Shown here: positions 11,747-23,800 of the stretch, piece after piece
Layout: every line of letters begins with the position of its first letter
Numbering within the stretch: position 1 is the stretch's first letter
Source: Saccostrea cucullata
Lineage: Eukaryota
NCBI RefSeq assembly: GCF_032062105.1
Contig: NW_026937128.1
Location: 1-64,000, forward strand
DNA length: 64,000 nucleotides
Direction of reading: 5' to 3'
The notes under the pieces: model-generated
What the model saw: the letters and a program-made list of their open reading frames with translations, nothing else
Databases searched by the model: none
Told to the model about the DNA's origin: nothing
Made by a program: the position numbers and the translations under genes

Positions 11747-14506
11747 TGGAACTGTGTCTGTCATTCTCCACGGCATGGTTTCATAGTCATAGAGAGTCTT
11801 AGTCTAGAAGGCCGAGAGCGATCGAGCGCGAGAATACACTGGGAAAATATCATTTGAAAGCATCCCTCAGCTCTTTTGTCTTCTCTTTTTCTTTCTCTAA
11901 TTTATAAAAAGTTTGGAATTTTGCTTTTCCAAATTTAAATTTGACATTTTATTTCAACACAATGTGTTTTTATGTCAGTAAATCTATGTTAAGTATTGAA
12001 TGCGAAAAATTCCACTATAATAAGCAGATCCAAATTTTACATTTATCAATGAAGAATAACTGTATTTATAAAAGCACAAAAGGCAGTCTTATATTTAGAG
12101 AGCTCATGAATATATATTGAAATAGAAAAAATATACAAAAATTACAAAATTAAAAAAAAAAAAAAAATAGCGGATCCAAATTTCAAATTCGAATAACTGT
12201 TGTTTATAAGAGCTCAATGAGACAGTCTTATATTTCGAGAGTTCAAATACATGTTTATATATTAAAATAAAAAAAAAATTCTAATTAAACAGAAGATATT
12301 TGTCGAAGAAACATTTGATACAAACTACTTATTGTTAATAATGCGGTGATCTACACACATTTGTGTTGATATTAGTTAGATCCTCCCCCTTTTTTGTCAG
12401 GATCATTACACATTTGTGTTGATATAAATTAGATATTCCCCCTTTTCTTTTGTGGATCAACACATATTTGTGTTCATATCAGTAAGATCTTCCCAATTTC
12501 TTTTGTGGATCAACACACATTTGTGTTGATATTAATTAGATCCTCACCATATCTTGTCAGGATCAACACACATTTGTGTTGATATTAATTAGATCCTTCC
12601 CCTTTCTTCTCTGGATTAACACACATTTGTGTTGATACAGTACAGGCAATGCGGATCTAGTATAAGACCGCGTCCCCTCCGCAGTGTATTAATCCTTTCC
12701 GCGTTACACCGTCGCGGGTTTTGATCGCGGTGCTACCTAAGACCGTGTTTACACCGCTGCGGGGCCACCTACCATTATTCTGCAGCTTAGATGATGTAAC
12801 CTGTAAAGTCTTGTCGATTTTTAATCGTGTTGAAAGGGGGGTAGCCATTTAAGATTATGACCACATTAATATCAATACCATTTAGTGGATTTTTTTAAAA
12901 ATTCATTTTAAGTTTTATCAAATTCTTAAATTAATTTTTTTTTTACAATAGTCACTCAAAATAAATTCGCAAACGCGTCTGTTAACAATTATATTGGATG
13001 AAATATAGTCGTATAATTTATCGCATATATTTATTTATAAAATAATATTTATTTATAACACCTATAATCTCACCACAAATGATCTTCAAATTGCAAAATA
13101 ATTAGGATGAATTTTAGAATTTAACGAACGAATGCCATGTCGCTTCTTTTTATATACACCGTAATCCAGTGCTCACGATTAGCCCGTACAGTTGCCGTTA
13201 CATGTAGATATGCGTTTATTTATCTGCGAGATTCTATAACAGCCATTGGTTTTATTTTTTTTTAATGTACATATGTCTGTTGTAAATAATAGCATGAAAA
13301 ACGATAATAGAGATACATAATAGCAAACTTAAACCAAAAATACATGTGTACACTGTTCCTTTACTATGCGCTACACTGTAAGACTATGAACTAAATATCG
13401 ACATGATTTTTGGGGGGTGGGGGTTATAAGTCATTCTATTTTATAGCTTTTATTTTGCTGTTCTGCTTTGTGGTCTTTTCGAAAATTATAAAAGTCATGT
13501 CTGTGAAAATGATGAACAAATTTTACGTATCGTCAATCGGAAAGGCTGACTCTTCTATATAAGCATATTAATATTGACCCTAAAATAATTTGAATACACA
13601 GCACAGAAATTAACTTATTTTAATCAGCAAGTTGCCATACATCAAGTTTTCAGGTGTCTGACTGTGTAACTGGTCTATACCCTTAACGAGATACCTGTAA
13701 TACCTTCACATTACGTAATCTTACATCATGAAAAAATACTGACGAACAATAAAGTTAATAAATGTCTTGGAAACGACCATATCAAGCTGTTAGTTTAGTT
13801 AAATATTGTGTGTTTACCTGTGTTTTCCGTAAGGTAAACTCGCATATTAATCAGAAAAATTCCACTAATGGTCAATAAACTGACATATCACCGAAAGCCA
13901 GATCTACATGTATCTGTTCACGGCAACGATTGCTATGGAATTAAACAAAAACTGATCCATAAGCAATTTCATTTAAAAAATATAGTTTTATTCGATACAC
14001 TTGGGAAATCAATGATATTTATACGGATCAAAACGAGGAAAACTATTTTGCATGTGCCTCATTTCTCTCTCTCTCTCTCTCTCTCTCTCAATCGATCGAT
14101 CGATCGATCAATCGAAATCTACTAACTGGTACAGGTATAAATAAAATAAACATGTAAGTATGAAGGTGAAGAAGCGGTATTTTTTCTTGATCTCTTGTAT
14201 AAAGTTCACATGTAACTGCAAAGTTCATCGAATGTTATTTTTTTAAAGATTAATTGTTCATTTTTTATTCCAAATGAATGCTGAAAATTGTTTATCGAAA
14301 CTCACACAGTCTGAGTTAGCATTATTAAAGTTCGCATGTAGTATGAATAATTATTTGTTACAATACCCACCAAAAATTCTAGTATTTAATTTTGTTTCTT
14401 GTTAGACTCTCAATGACGTAAAAAAATAACCAATGGCTGAGTTCCGCAATGTCTTATTTCTGGAGTTATCTCTCTTGAAAAATCGCTAGATGTCGCCAAC
14501 ACATTG

Positions 14507-14519
14507 ACTTCCGGGGCGT
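14507..14519 (+). promoter_or_regulatory. Inward-facing ETS-type motif ACTTCCGGGGCGT upstream of the nuclease gene
   Basis: Identical 13-mer inverted at the other end of the element; followed by splice donor AAG|GTAAG (~14593) and acceptor tttcag (15156) just before ATG 15158. Confidence 0.55.
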
Positions 14520-14895
14520 TTGTTGTTCAACTTGTGTTGTGTACTCACAGTACTGATAATTGCAATTTCTGCGTTAGACAAGGACATACCAAGGTAAGAT
14601 TTGCGATATATCTGTATAATTAATTTATTTAAAGATTTATAACCATTATCTAAACGTGGTAAATGGTATACAAATAATAAAATATAAATGCTCAGCGTTT
14701 TCGCGTGGCATTTAAATATTCAACTGAATTGGCTATTGCAAGGTCTAAGATCGACCCTGTTCGAACCGAATGTAGATGACATTGAAATTATGATTTAATA
14801 ACTGTTTAATATTAACAGTAATGTAATATTGTCGGAATAATTGAATATGTGACCATCCAACAGCGTTTAATTCTGAAAAAAGGGGGTGTCTTTAT

Positions 14896-15001
14896 TAATC
14901 CGAGATTCCTCTGACTCTAACCCCCGCTTTTATTTTATGACGTTTGTCCGCACATGTCATAAAATAAAAGCAGGGGTTAGAGTCAGGGGAATCTCGGATT
15001 A
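14896..15001. mobile_element. 106-bp foldback MITE with 9-bp TSD (Mutator-like)
   Basis: ~46-bp arms taatccgagattc...ttttatgac / gtcataaaa...gaatctcggatta; perfect TSD tgtctttat at 14887-14895 and 15002-15010. Confidence 0.88.
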
Positions 15002-15157
15002 TGTCTTTATATGATATTGATATGATATCAATAATTGTTTACATAAATTACATCTTGGGATCCTAATTACATTCAATTTTTATGAAACCCTTTTAAGTTA
15101 TTTGGGCACTGTGTGTTTTCTGAATCTGTATTAATATACAATATTGAATGTTTCAGA

Positions 15158-16896
15158 ATGTCTTCAAGCACTGATGATGAAGGTGAACCATCTCACTTGT
15201 CTCTAGAAGAAATTCAGTCATGGAAAGTTGTTGAACTAAAAAATTGGCTTGAAAATCACAGGCTTAAAAAATCTGGGAATAAAGAGGTATTGGCAAAGAG
15301 AGTTTACAAAGCCAGGAGGCATGGTTATGATTCATCAGAAGATTTCATAGATACAGATGAAGAAATAGAGAAAACTGTTCCTGTTCATCCTTCAACAGAT
15401 TCATGGAAAGAACTTGACTCTACTGATATTCCTGAAATTTCTCATAAGGCCATTGATATTTATTTTAAATGTCATAAAAATCCTGTAACTGGAGAAAGGT
15501 TAAATTTCGAGAGACAAATGAAAAAAGCAAAGCGTCTGTGCAATGAAGGGTTCATAAGAGAAATTGAATACAATAAAGGAAACAGTGATTTTTGTTACAT
15601 GCGATCAACTTGTCTTCCATCAATGAAACAGACTGTTCAAGTTGGATTTGGAAAAAGTGCTAAATATTATTCTTTGAATGTTTGTATAAAGAAAAAGTCA
15701 GGCATTGTTGTAAATGCTTTATGTAATTGTAAAGCCGGAGAGGCAGGTCTTTGTGCTCATGTTGGAGCATTATTGTATGTACTTGTAAAAACAAAAAATT
15801 CCTGTCACATCTAATCAGTGTGTGTGGAATAGACCTACACCTTTGAGAAGAAAACCAAGTCCAAAAAGAGTTGGAGATATTAGTTTTTCAAAAACAGAAA
15901 AAGATAATATTGTAGACAAAGTTCGTCCTTTCCCAGGCATTTATAATCCTGGACCTTGTCAAAGTGAATGCAGCTCATTTTTGAATGATATTTTGGATGG
16001 CTTAAAAGATATTTACCCACAATGTGTCTTGTATCAAACTTTAAGAGCAGAGCATGTTAATATATTCCTTTTTGAATATTTTTTTGCCAGATTTTATGTA
16101 TAGGGACAATGTAAATCTAAAATCAAAAGAATGTGTTGAAAATTTTAAATCTTTTGTAAACAATATGAATATAACAACAGAGGTTAGTGAACTGTTAGAA
16201 AAGGGAACTAGAGGTCAAAATTCAAATGTTAACTGGAGAAAGGCTAGATGCAATATCATTTGCATCAGTAATGGGTGACGTTGTCAAAAGAGTAAAGTCC
16301 GAACCAGACAATTTAGTCAAGAAAATTTGTGGATACGTAGTAGTACCAGATTGTGTAAAAAGTATCAGTTATGGTCGAACAAATGAATCTGTTGCTTTGA
16401 GTGATTATATGGAGCGACATTTAAATTTGTGTGGTGATGTGAAGATCGAGTCCTGTGGACTATATGTCAACCCTAAGTACCCATTCCTTGGGGCCAGTGT
16501 TGATGGACTTGTTACTTGTGTAGAATGTGGTACAGGACTTGTCGAAGTCAAGTGTCCTTATGGAAAACAAAAAAGTCCTTGGAGGAATATGCCTCCGACA
16601 AAATGTGGACAAGATAAACATTTTTTTTGCACTGAAAACAATGGTGAACTTAAATTAAAACAGAACCATAATTATATGTACCAAGTTCAAGGCCAGCTAG
16701 CATTATATGAACTTAACTGGGTTGATTTTGTTGTTTATACAAAAAAAGGTATATCTGTTGAAAGAATTCTTTTTGATGTTGTAATCTGGAATGATATGGT
16801 TCCAAAGATGAAATCTTTTTTACATATGGTGTTGTACCAGAACTTTTCACTAGAAGAATTCAGCGAGGAAAATCACTGTACATGTATAACATTTGA
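15158..16896 (+). pseudogene. ISL2EU accessory protein: SAP domain + SWIM zinc finger + YqaJ/lambda-exonuclease-like PD-(D/E)XK nuclease (frameshifted in this sequence)
   Basis: SAP (WKVVELKNWLENHRLKKSGNKEVLAKRV), SWIM (CNCKAG...CAHVGALLY), YqaJ (TRGQNSNVNW, YGRTNE, GLYV...PFLGASVDG, EVKCP, YMYQVQGQL). Four frameshifts (~15805, ~16070, ~16260, ~16820); the repaired frame ends VVPELFTRRIQRGKSLYMYNI*. Confidence 0.88.
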
Positions 16897-17322
16897 TGTA
16901 CATTTGTTAATAATTTGAATATTGCATAGAATGATTCTATTTGATTTTGAACATGTGTACATAAAACTGTTAACACTCTGAAACTTTTATATTTGCATGA
17001 GAGCTTAGATTCATCTGTAAAAATATTGAATAAAAACAAAAAGGTTATGTGATTTATTTTATTTATCCACATCTCATTTATGATTTCAAGGTCCAAGTGT
17101 ACATATTTCAAGTTTATTTTCAAATGAATGTTTGTATTTCACATCGAATCGTCAAAATTCACATCACCTTGAAAACCACAAAATGTGATATACTTTAAAT
17201 GTGTTTTTTTAATCATGCATTTAAAAAAATAATTCCTGGAAAGTAAATTTCCTCATAACAGGAATAAAAATAATTATACATGTTAGGGCATCCAAAAAAA
17301 AATCTAGTTAATTATATTTATG

Positions 17323-18742
17323 TCACTTCAGAAGTGGAGGCAATAAGTTAGTTAAAGATGTACAGATAACTATAATTTGTTCTGATAAGTGCACTTCTGA
17401 AATTGGTAAAACTGAGTTCACAATATTGTAGTTTTTGATCTGTTCCATCTTCATTTCAACTACTATTCTGGCTGAAGCTATTCTATTTGTTTTAAAGAAA
17501 TCATGTTTTGACATCTGGCATGTACTTGATCTCGTGGTGGAACATTCTCCAACATCAGCTGGTAACAAATCTTCTATTGTGAAACCTTTATCTGCCATTA
17601 CAACATCACCTGGTGACAACAGAAATCCATGTTGATATGTGTCTGTCTGACACATTCCCACCCCACAGTCTTGACACAAAGGTTACCATACCACTTGGTG
17701 ACACACCAATCAATATTTTAAAAGTGTTTGAATGTTTGTATTCGGACCACGTCATCCACTGTGCCTTTAAAGAGGACGGTTTTTCAATAAAAAATTCTGT
17801 GCAATCAAGCACAATTCTAGTATCTGCGTGCATGCTAAAAAGCTTTGGTAAGTTACACAAAATCTGCTCTCTGGAGACCCACTTTATTAAGGATTTGCAG
17901 TGATCATAGAGGAAGTTAATCCAAGTGTTCATTACTCGTGATACTGTCGTTTCGGACACCCTGAAAATATCAGCAAGGTGTTCCTGAAGCAGCCCTAAAC
18001 GAAGTCTCATGCAAACCATCAAGAATTCATCCACTGGTTCAAGGAACGTTTTCTGCCAGGCTTTTTAACCCCTGGTTCATGTCTACGACTTTTATACCTT
18101 GTCTCTCCCTCCCAGTAATTGAGTTTCTCTGCACCATGTTTCTGCCTCAGCACTGCAAAAAACATCCAAAAAATTTGAAAAGTTGCAAAACCTGTATAAA
18201 ATCTTGTTTTAGAAACGTCATCTTTCATATCTTCATATGTCATCCTAGGCAAATCTGCCTGAACTTCAGCATTAATACAAAGGGCTGCCAGTGTCTGGGT
18301 TGCAGTTGAAACATGTACACAATGCTCTTCTGTAAATCTTTTGAATAAAAATATTTGAGGTCAGTTTGTATTGCAACATCATTGTACATTGACACAGGAT
18401 TATCTTGTGGATTTTCAGTATCACTTTGCCCTGAACCATCATTTTGAAATGAATTTTCAATTTTTCTTACAAGAGGTCTTCGGGATTTTGTTTCCTTTTT
18501 GGGTTTACTTGGAAAAATTGTGGGAATCGATTCCTCAGTAAATGTTCCCTCAAAATGAACACTGCAAACTCGTGTGTGGTCTTTTACAACCAAATTTGCT
18601 CTCACATTCGAATGAATCCAGAGACGCTTAATATGGGCCTTTTTCTCCGACATAGGGAAGCGATGCAATATTATTTTATTTCCATATTCAAATGTTTGAG
18701 AAGTGTTGCTGCATCCAGGAACGCAGCAATATTTCTCTCTCT
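17323..18742 (-). pseudogene. ISL2EU transposase: THAP zinc finger + HTH + DDE_Tnp_4 (HARBI1-like) domain (frameshifted in this sequence)
   Basis: THAP (CCVPGC..HRFP..W..RVCSVHF..IPTIF), FYTGF, MRLRLGL..HLADIFRVSETTVSR, catalytic LDCTE, MADKGF, RIVVE; acceptor ttttccag at 18743; pieces lie in ORFs 18240-18764, 18019-18252, 17606-18034, 17323-17679. Confidence 0.9.
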
Positions 18743-19243
18743 CTGGAAAATAAAAAGTACTCAAAGTCTTAAAAAGGAATTTTTTTTTTCTGTTACAATT
18801 GACATTCTGTCCTTTTAAAATAAATTATGTTATGAATTCAAAATTATTTACATGTTACTGAATTGTTTTGCGAATTAAACAATGCCTTTTACACAACGGG
18901 GGGGGGGGGGGGGGCAATGTTAGATTTTATTATGAAAACAACTTGACAGCTGTAAATATTCATTCCTGTCGAATAAAAATAAATTCTATACTTTAAAAAA
19001 ATAGATATATGTATATAGACCTTTATAAATATTGACATTTTTTTTTCTAGAATATACTAGATCCTTATGGTTGTTGCATGTGTATTAGATTCAAGAACCA
19101 ACTCTGTACTGCTTTTATATTAATATGCAGTAAACCAGTGTAACATCCTAAATACGACCGCTATTTAAATACCTTACCCGGCTTGTCAATACCGATAGTG
19201 TGTAAAAATTCTTGCTTCAGCGATTTTGTTGCTTTGTGTATTG

Positions 19244-19256
19244 ACGCCCCGGAAGT
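19244..19256 (-). promoter_or_regulatory. Inward-facing ETS-type motif ACTTCCGGGGCGT upstream of the transposase gene
   Basis: Inverted identical copy of 14507-14519; followed on the minus strand by donor CGG|GTAAGG at ~19177. Confidence 0.55.
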
Positions 19257-19942
19257 TTCACAGTTAGGGACGATAACTCGTATTAAAAAAACATTGCGGA
19301 ACTTGGCCATTGAATAAAATTTTTAATTCTAATTCAAATATTGATGTATAATTTTAGAAATTAAAAAATAAATGAAAATACTTCTTTAAATAAAAATACA
19401 GTGTCGTTATTTTTTTGTTACAGGGAAAATTCGCAAATTACAATTCGGGAATAAACTCCTGTTTGGTTACGATACTAATTGTTAGTAATTGATCGAAGAT
19501 TTAACCGTGTTGGGACAGGTAGGTGATGCATTCCCCGCGGAGGGAACGCGGTTTACCTATCTCACCTGGCCAAATACCGCGTTGTGATTATACCGCGACG
19601 GGGCGCAGGAAATACGGGATCCGCGTTGCCTGTACTGTATTAATTAGATCCTCACCATATCTTGTCAGGATTAACACATATTTGTGTTGATATTGATTAG
19701 ATCCTTCCCATTTCCTTCCTGGATCAACACACATTTGTGTTAATTTTAATTAGATCCTCCCCATTTCTTTCCTGGATCAACACACATTTGTGTTAATATT
19801 AATTAGATCCTCCCCCTTTCTTTCCTGTATCAACACACATTTGTGTTGATATTAATTAGATCCACTCCATTTCTTTCCCTGATCAACACACATTTGTGTT
19901 AATTTTAATTAGATCCTCCCCATTTCTTGTCAGGATTAACAC

Positions 19943-20807
19943 TAGGGATGTCAACGATTATTCGAGTACTCGACCATCGTTCGATCATACCGACTATCGA
20001 CTAAAATTTCTTTAGTCGGTTATTCGTTAAAAAAGTGTTTCATCAAAGTAATTTTGAATTCAAGGCAATAACCTTATATTTGCCCATTTCATTTATTTAC
20101 AGATCAATATTTTCATATGTAAAATTAAGGGTATGGTATAACTGTTCAAAGGATATTATTATTTGTACGTCGATGTATGTTCAGCAAACATATCTATTGA
20201 GAAAGAATATTAATTACTAATATTAAACAGCTATTACATGTACAAAATCGAAAATACGTGTAAATCGGGGTCAGTTAATATGAGAGTAATTAAACCGTGT
20301 TTTCTTTTTCTGATATTAATTTCATACAATCATTGATTGTTTGCACAAAATTTCATAATTTAAATTTATCCCAAGCTCTCGCTTTCTCTTGGTTTTTATA
20401 AGAGACGCGCTTTAATTGTTTACCTGTCAAAGATCATTGACGGACACTTAACAATTGGCCTCAATTTTGGGGTACATGTACTACCGTTATGTAAAGAAAG
20501 AACAAATATGGGCGTTTGATATCCTGCATTTAGATAAAACGTGCAGCTAATATATTAATTTTGAAAATAAATACATTTGATGCATATTGATGCACAGTTT
20601 TTATTGCACTACGTACATGTTTACAATTCAGAAATTCCTGTTCCAGTATAATGGTGATAGCGTAGGTTAAATATTGTAAACTTGGCATAAAAGTCAAACA
20701 GTGAAACTGATACGAAAAAATAATTAAATTAAACGAATATTCGACTATCGTTCGACTAAAGCATCCGACTATTCGACTAAGCTGTCCGAGTAAAGTTGAC
20801 ATCCCTA
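19943..20807. mobile_element. Non-autonomous hAT element (865 bp)
   Basis: 13-bp TIR TAGGGATGTCAAC/GTTGACATCCCTA, perfect 8-bp TSD attaacac, subterminal tcgact repeats. Confidence 0.92.
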
Positions 20808-23800
20808 ATTAACACACATTTGTGTTGATATTAATTAGGTCCTTCCCATTTCTTTCCTGGATCAACACACATTTGTGTTAATATTAATTTGATCCTCTCC
20901 ATTTCTTTCCCTGATCAACACACATTTGTTTTGATATCAATTAGATCCTCCCCCTTTCTTTCCTGGATCAACACACATTTGTGTTGATATTAATTAGATC
21001 CTCCCCATTCCTTTCCTTGATCAACACATATTTGTTTTGATATCAATTAGATCCTTACTATATCTTGTCAGGATTAACACACATTTGTGTTGATATTAAT
21101 TAGATCCTCCCCCTTTTCTTTCCCGTATCGATATAAATCAGTCTCGAGTCTTTCATCTTTCAATTTTTAATTCAGTCTTAGAATATAATCAAAAAATAAC
21201 AACTTTGTAAGACTTGGAAACAAACTGATTTAGATTTGCTTGTATATTAATCATAAGGATAGAAATAGAAACAAACCAAGGGTACTTATTACAAAAAAAA
21301 ATGATGCACGGATTTATATATATTTTCTTGACTGATTCTGATTCAAAATGATATAAAAAAAAAAAATCTTGATATATAAAAAAAACGTACATTTTCCTTG
21401 GTGCCTATATAAAAGACTTTGCTGATTTCCATATAATTCCATGCAAAATTCTGCAAATTTTTTTTTTCATTGAAACACAAAATCTTATAATATTATCACA
21501 CTATATTTGGTACACATTTAATCTTATCAGGTTACCAATATAAATGGAAATCTATGGGAAACATTGATTATTTCCGGAAAAAATGTACTGTTCGTGTAAA
21601 TTATCCTTAAATATTGTAGAAGTATTTTTTCCGCGTGGAATTAATTTACTCTATTTACGTGGTACAATTTTTCAGCGGAAATTTTTCCAAGCGTAGTTAA
21701 TATCAATGTAAGACATAGAGTGACAGTCTAAGAAATTCGCCTAATTTTCTACCTGCGGATTAAACAGAAATACAGATATCGCGTGGAATTATGACCCGGT
21801 TGAAAAAAGTACGTTTACAGTATTAACAAGACGTTAAAACTTGGAATCAAGCTGATTTAACATTCACTTGTATTTCAATGTGATGATGTTTTACAGTAAA
21901 TGAGAACCAACTTCCAGATGGTGTGAGAGCCGTGAAATCTTTGGAGTAAGAATATATCATATAAGCATGCTATGCTTTCAGTTTGTGGAATACTATTTAA
22001 TCAACAAAGTATCATAAGTTACTTTTTATTTAATTTAATGTTGTCATTTATCACGTACTGCCAATCAAAATGCACTTTACTACTTATATAATTCACTTAT
22101 TGCCAATAAGAATGCAAAATTACTATATCATTATTTATCAGTTATAGCCAACGAGAATGCACTTTATATCATATATCATTATTCACCACTTATTGCACTT
22201 TTCAACCTACCCCGGTATATCATTTTTATCACTTATGGCCAATCAGAATGCACTTTACAACATTTTATCATTATTTATCACTTATAGCCAATCAGAATAC
22301 ACTTTACAACCTATATCATTATTTATCATTTATAACCAAACAGAATGCACTTTACTTATTATATAAATTCACAGGAAGAGGGGATACGTCTTCAGTGGAG
22401 AGACGGGCTGCTCGTTTACCGAGTGTGACCGGGGGACATTTATATAGACATGGAACAGATACCAATGCTTATGGAAATCAAGCTTTGATGTATCTGTATG
22501 TCTGTTACTACTTGAATAAAAATTAATTTTCTCAAGCTTAACAACTAAGTTTTTCTTCCAGTTCATATGTTACGACCCAACATTCCAAACATGAATGACA
22601 TGAATTAAATTTGTATTGCCTCATTCTATAAGAAGAAAATACGTTAGAAACTTTTAACTTTTATACAGCGTTTTTATTAGTACAAGTATTGTGAAAAACA
22701 ATGTTTACACGATAGTTCTTCAATGAATTTTTGCTGTTACTAAAATGTCAATTAAGAACATCAATGGTGTTTAATCCAGATATATTAAATTTAATAAAAG
22801 TTCTTGGTTGAAGATGGTAAATCAAAACACCAAAGTTACAAAGTATTAAATACAGATGACTTCAATTACTAATAACCAACTTATAAATTACTATTGTATA
22901 CTATTGTAAAATGAGGTAAACTTGAAATAATTCATAGCACATTTTATTGGGGTATATTGACACGCACTCTGTCTCATGCTAAACATCAATCGATACATAC
23001 TTATAATCCAAATTAAAGCTAATTTCTTAGTATTATACATATTTCTTGACTAGTATGTCATATTTCCAAACAATATAAAGCTAATTTCTTGTCATTATAC
23101 ATATTTTATTACTAGTATGTCATCTCTCCATACAATATATATCTCCATATATGTGTGATTGGGACATCGTACAATTAATTCTTAGTTGTGGACTAGCATA
23201 ACGAATAGTATTGTGGACTAGCATAACGAAAACAGCATTTAGTCATAAAGAAAACAATTATATGTATACCTACACATGTTACTCTTAGACTAGTAGATAA
23301 GTTATAAAAGAGGTTTTTGGCTATAGCTGAGCGTCTTTGATATCAAAGTAAAATTAAATTAATTTTGTTTTCAAGAACGACAAACTGATACTTTCTTGTG
23401 AATACTATATTTTCAAAATTAAAACCCTGGGGGTAGAGTGGGGTCACAATTAAATATTAGTACACTAGTACTATATAGAAATATTTAATACTCTGACAGT
23501 TGTAATCAATTAATAAATATTTGTAATTTTAGTATTATTCATTTATCCAAATGTTTAAAAACAAAATGCCGATATCATGAATGACTGTTTGATAAAATAC
23601 AATTTGTATACATGTATATAAGTCATTCATTACAATGTATCTCTTGCATTTAAATATTTTAACCAGTATAATTTAATAAATTAAGCGAAAATTCGATTTC
23701 TTACTGCAGAAATAAGAACTCATTGATTTTAAATAATATTGGTTATATTACATTTATTACCTTAGGCGGATAATTTTTCTTGAGTTTAGTTTAGTAACAA

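Larger units (their letters stand above)
14435..19308. mobile_element. ISL2EU (PIF/Harbinger-related) DNA transposon, full length, 4874 bp
   Basis: TIRs GGCTGAGTTCCGCAATGT / ACATTGCGGAACTTGGCC (16/18), AT TSD (14433-34, 19309-10); encodes a THAP+DDE_Tnp_4 transposase and a YqaJ-type nuclease, the established ISL2EU gene pair. Confidence 0.92.
12638..19637. mobile_element. Non-autonomous Tc1/mariner(pogo)-type element (~2.1 kb net) carrying the nested ISL2EU
   Basis: TIRs CAGTACAGGCAATGCGGATC / GATCCGCGTTGCCTGTACTG; TA duplicated (12636-37, 19638-39) at the gttgaTAttaatt site of the satellite; CCGCG-rich subtermini; no transposase ORF of its own. Confidence 0.88.
12348..21128. repeat. 53-bp tandem repeat (gatcaacacacatttgtgttgatattaattagatcctccccctttctttcctg), split by insertions at 12638-19637 and 19943-20807
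   Basis: 53-bp periodicity at 12348-12637, 19638-19942 and 20808-21128; each unit has an internal imperfect palindrome atcaacaca..tgtgttgat; the unit continues in phase across both insertions. Confidence 0.92.

Noticed and set aside
15113-15157. N-terminal extension of the SAP-SWIM ORF from GTG 15113
   Set aside because: Lies upstream of a tttcag acceptor; ATG 15158 is the likelier start
17435-18818. Plus-strand ORFs overlapping the transposase
   Set aside because: Antisense shadows of the minus-strand coding sequence
12348-21128. Palindromic repeat array flanking a nuclease/transposase pair, superficially CRISPR-like
   Set aside because: Units are contiguous 53-bp tandem copies without unique spacers; the genes arrived by nested insertion, as the TSDs show
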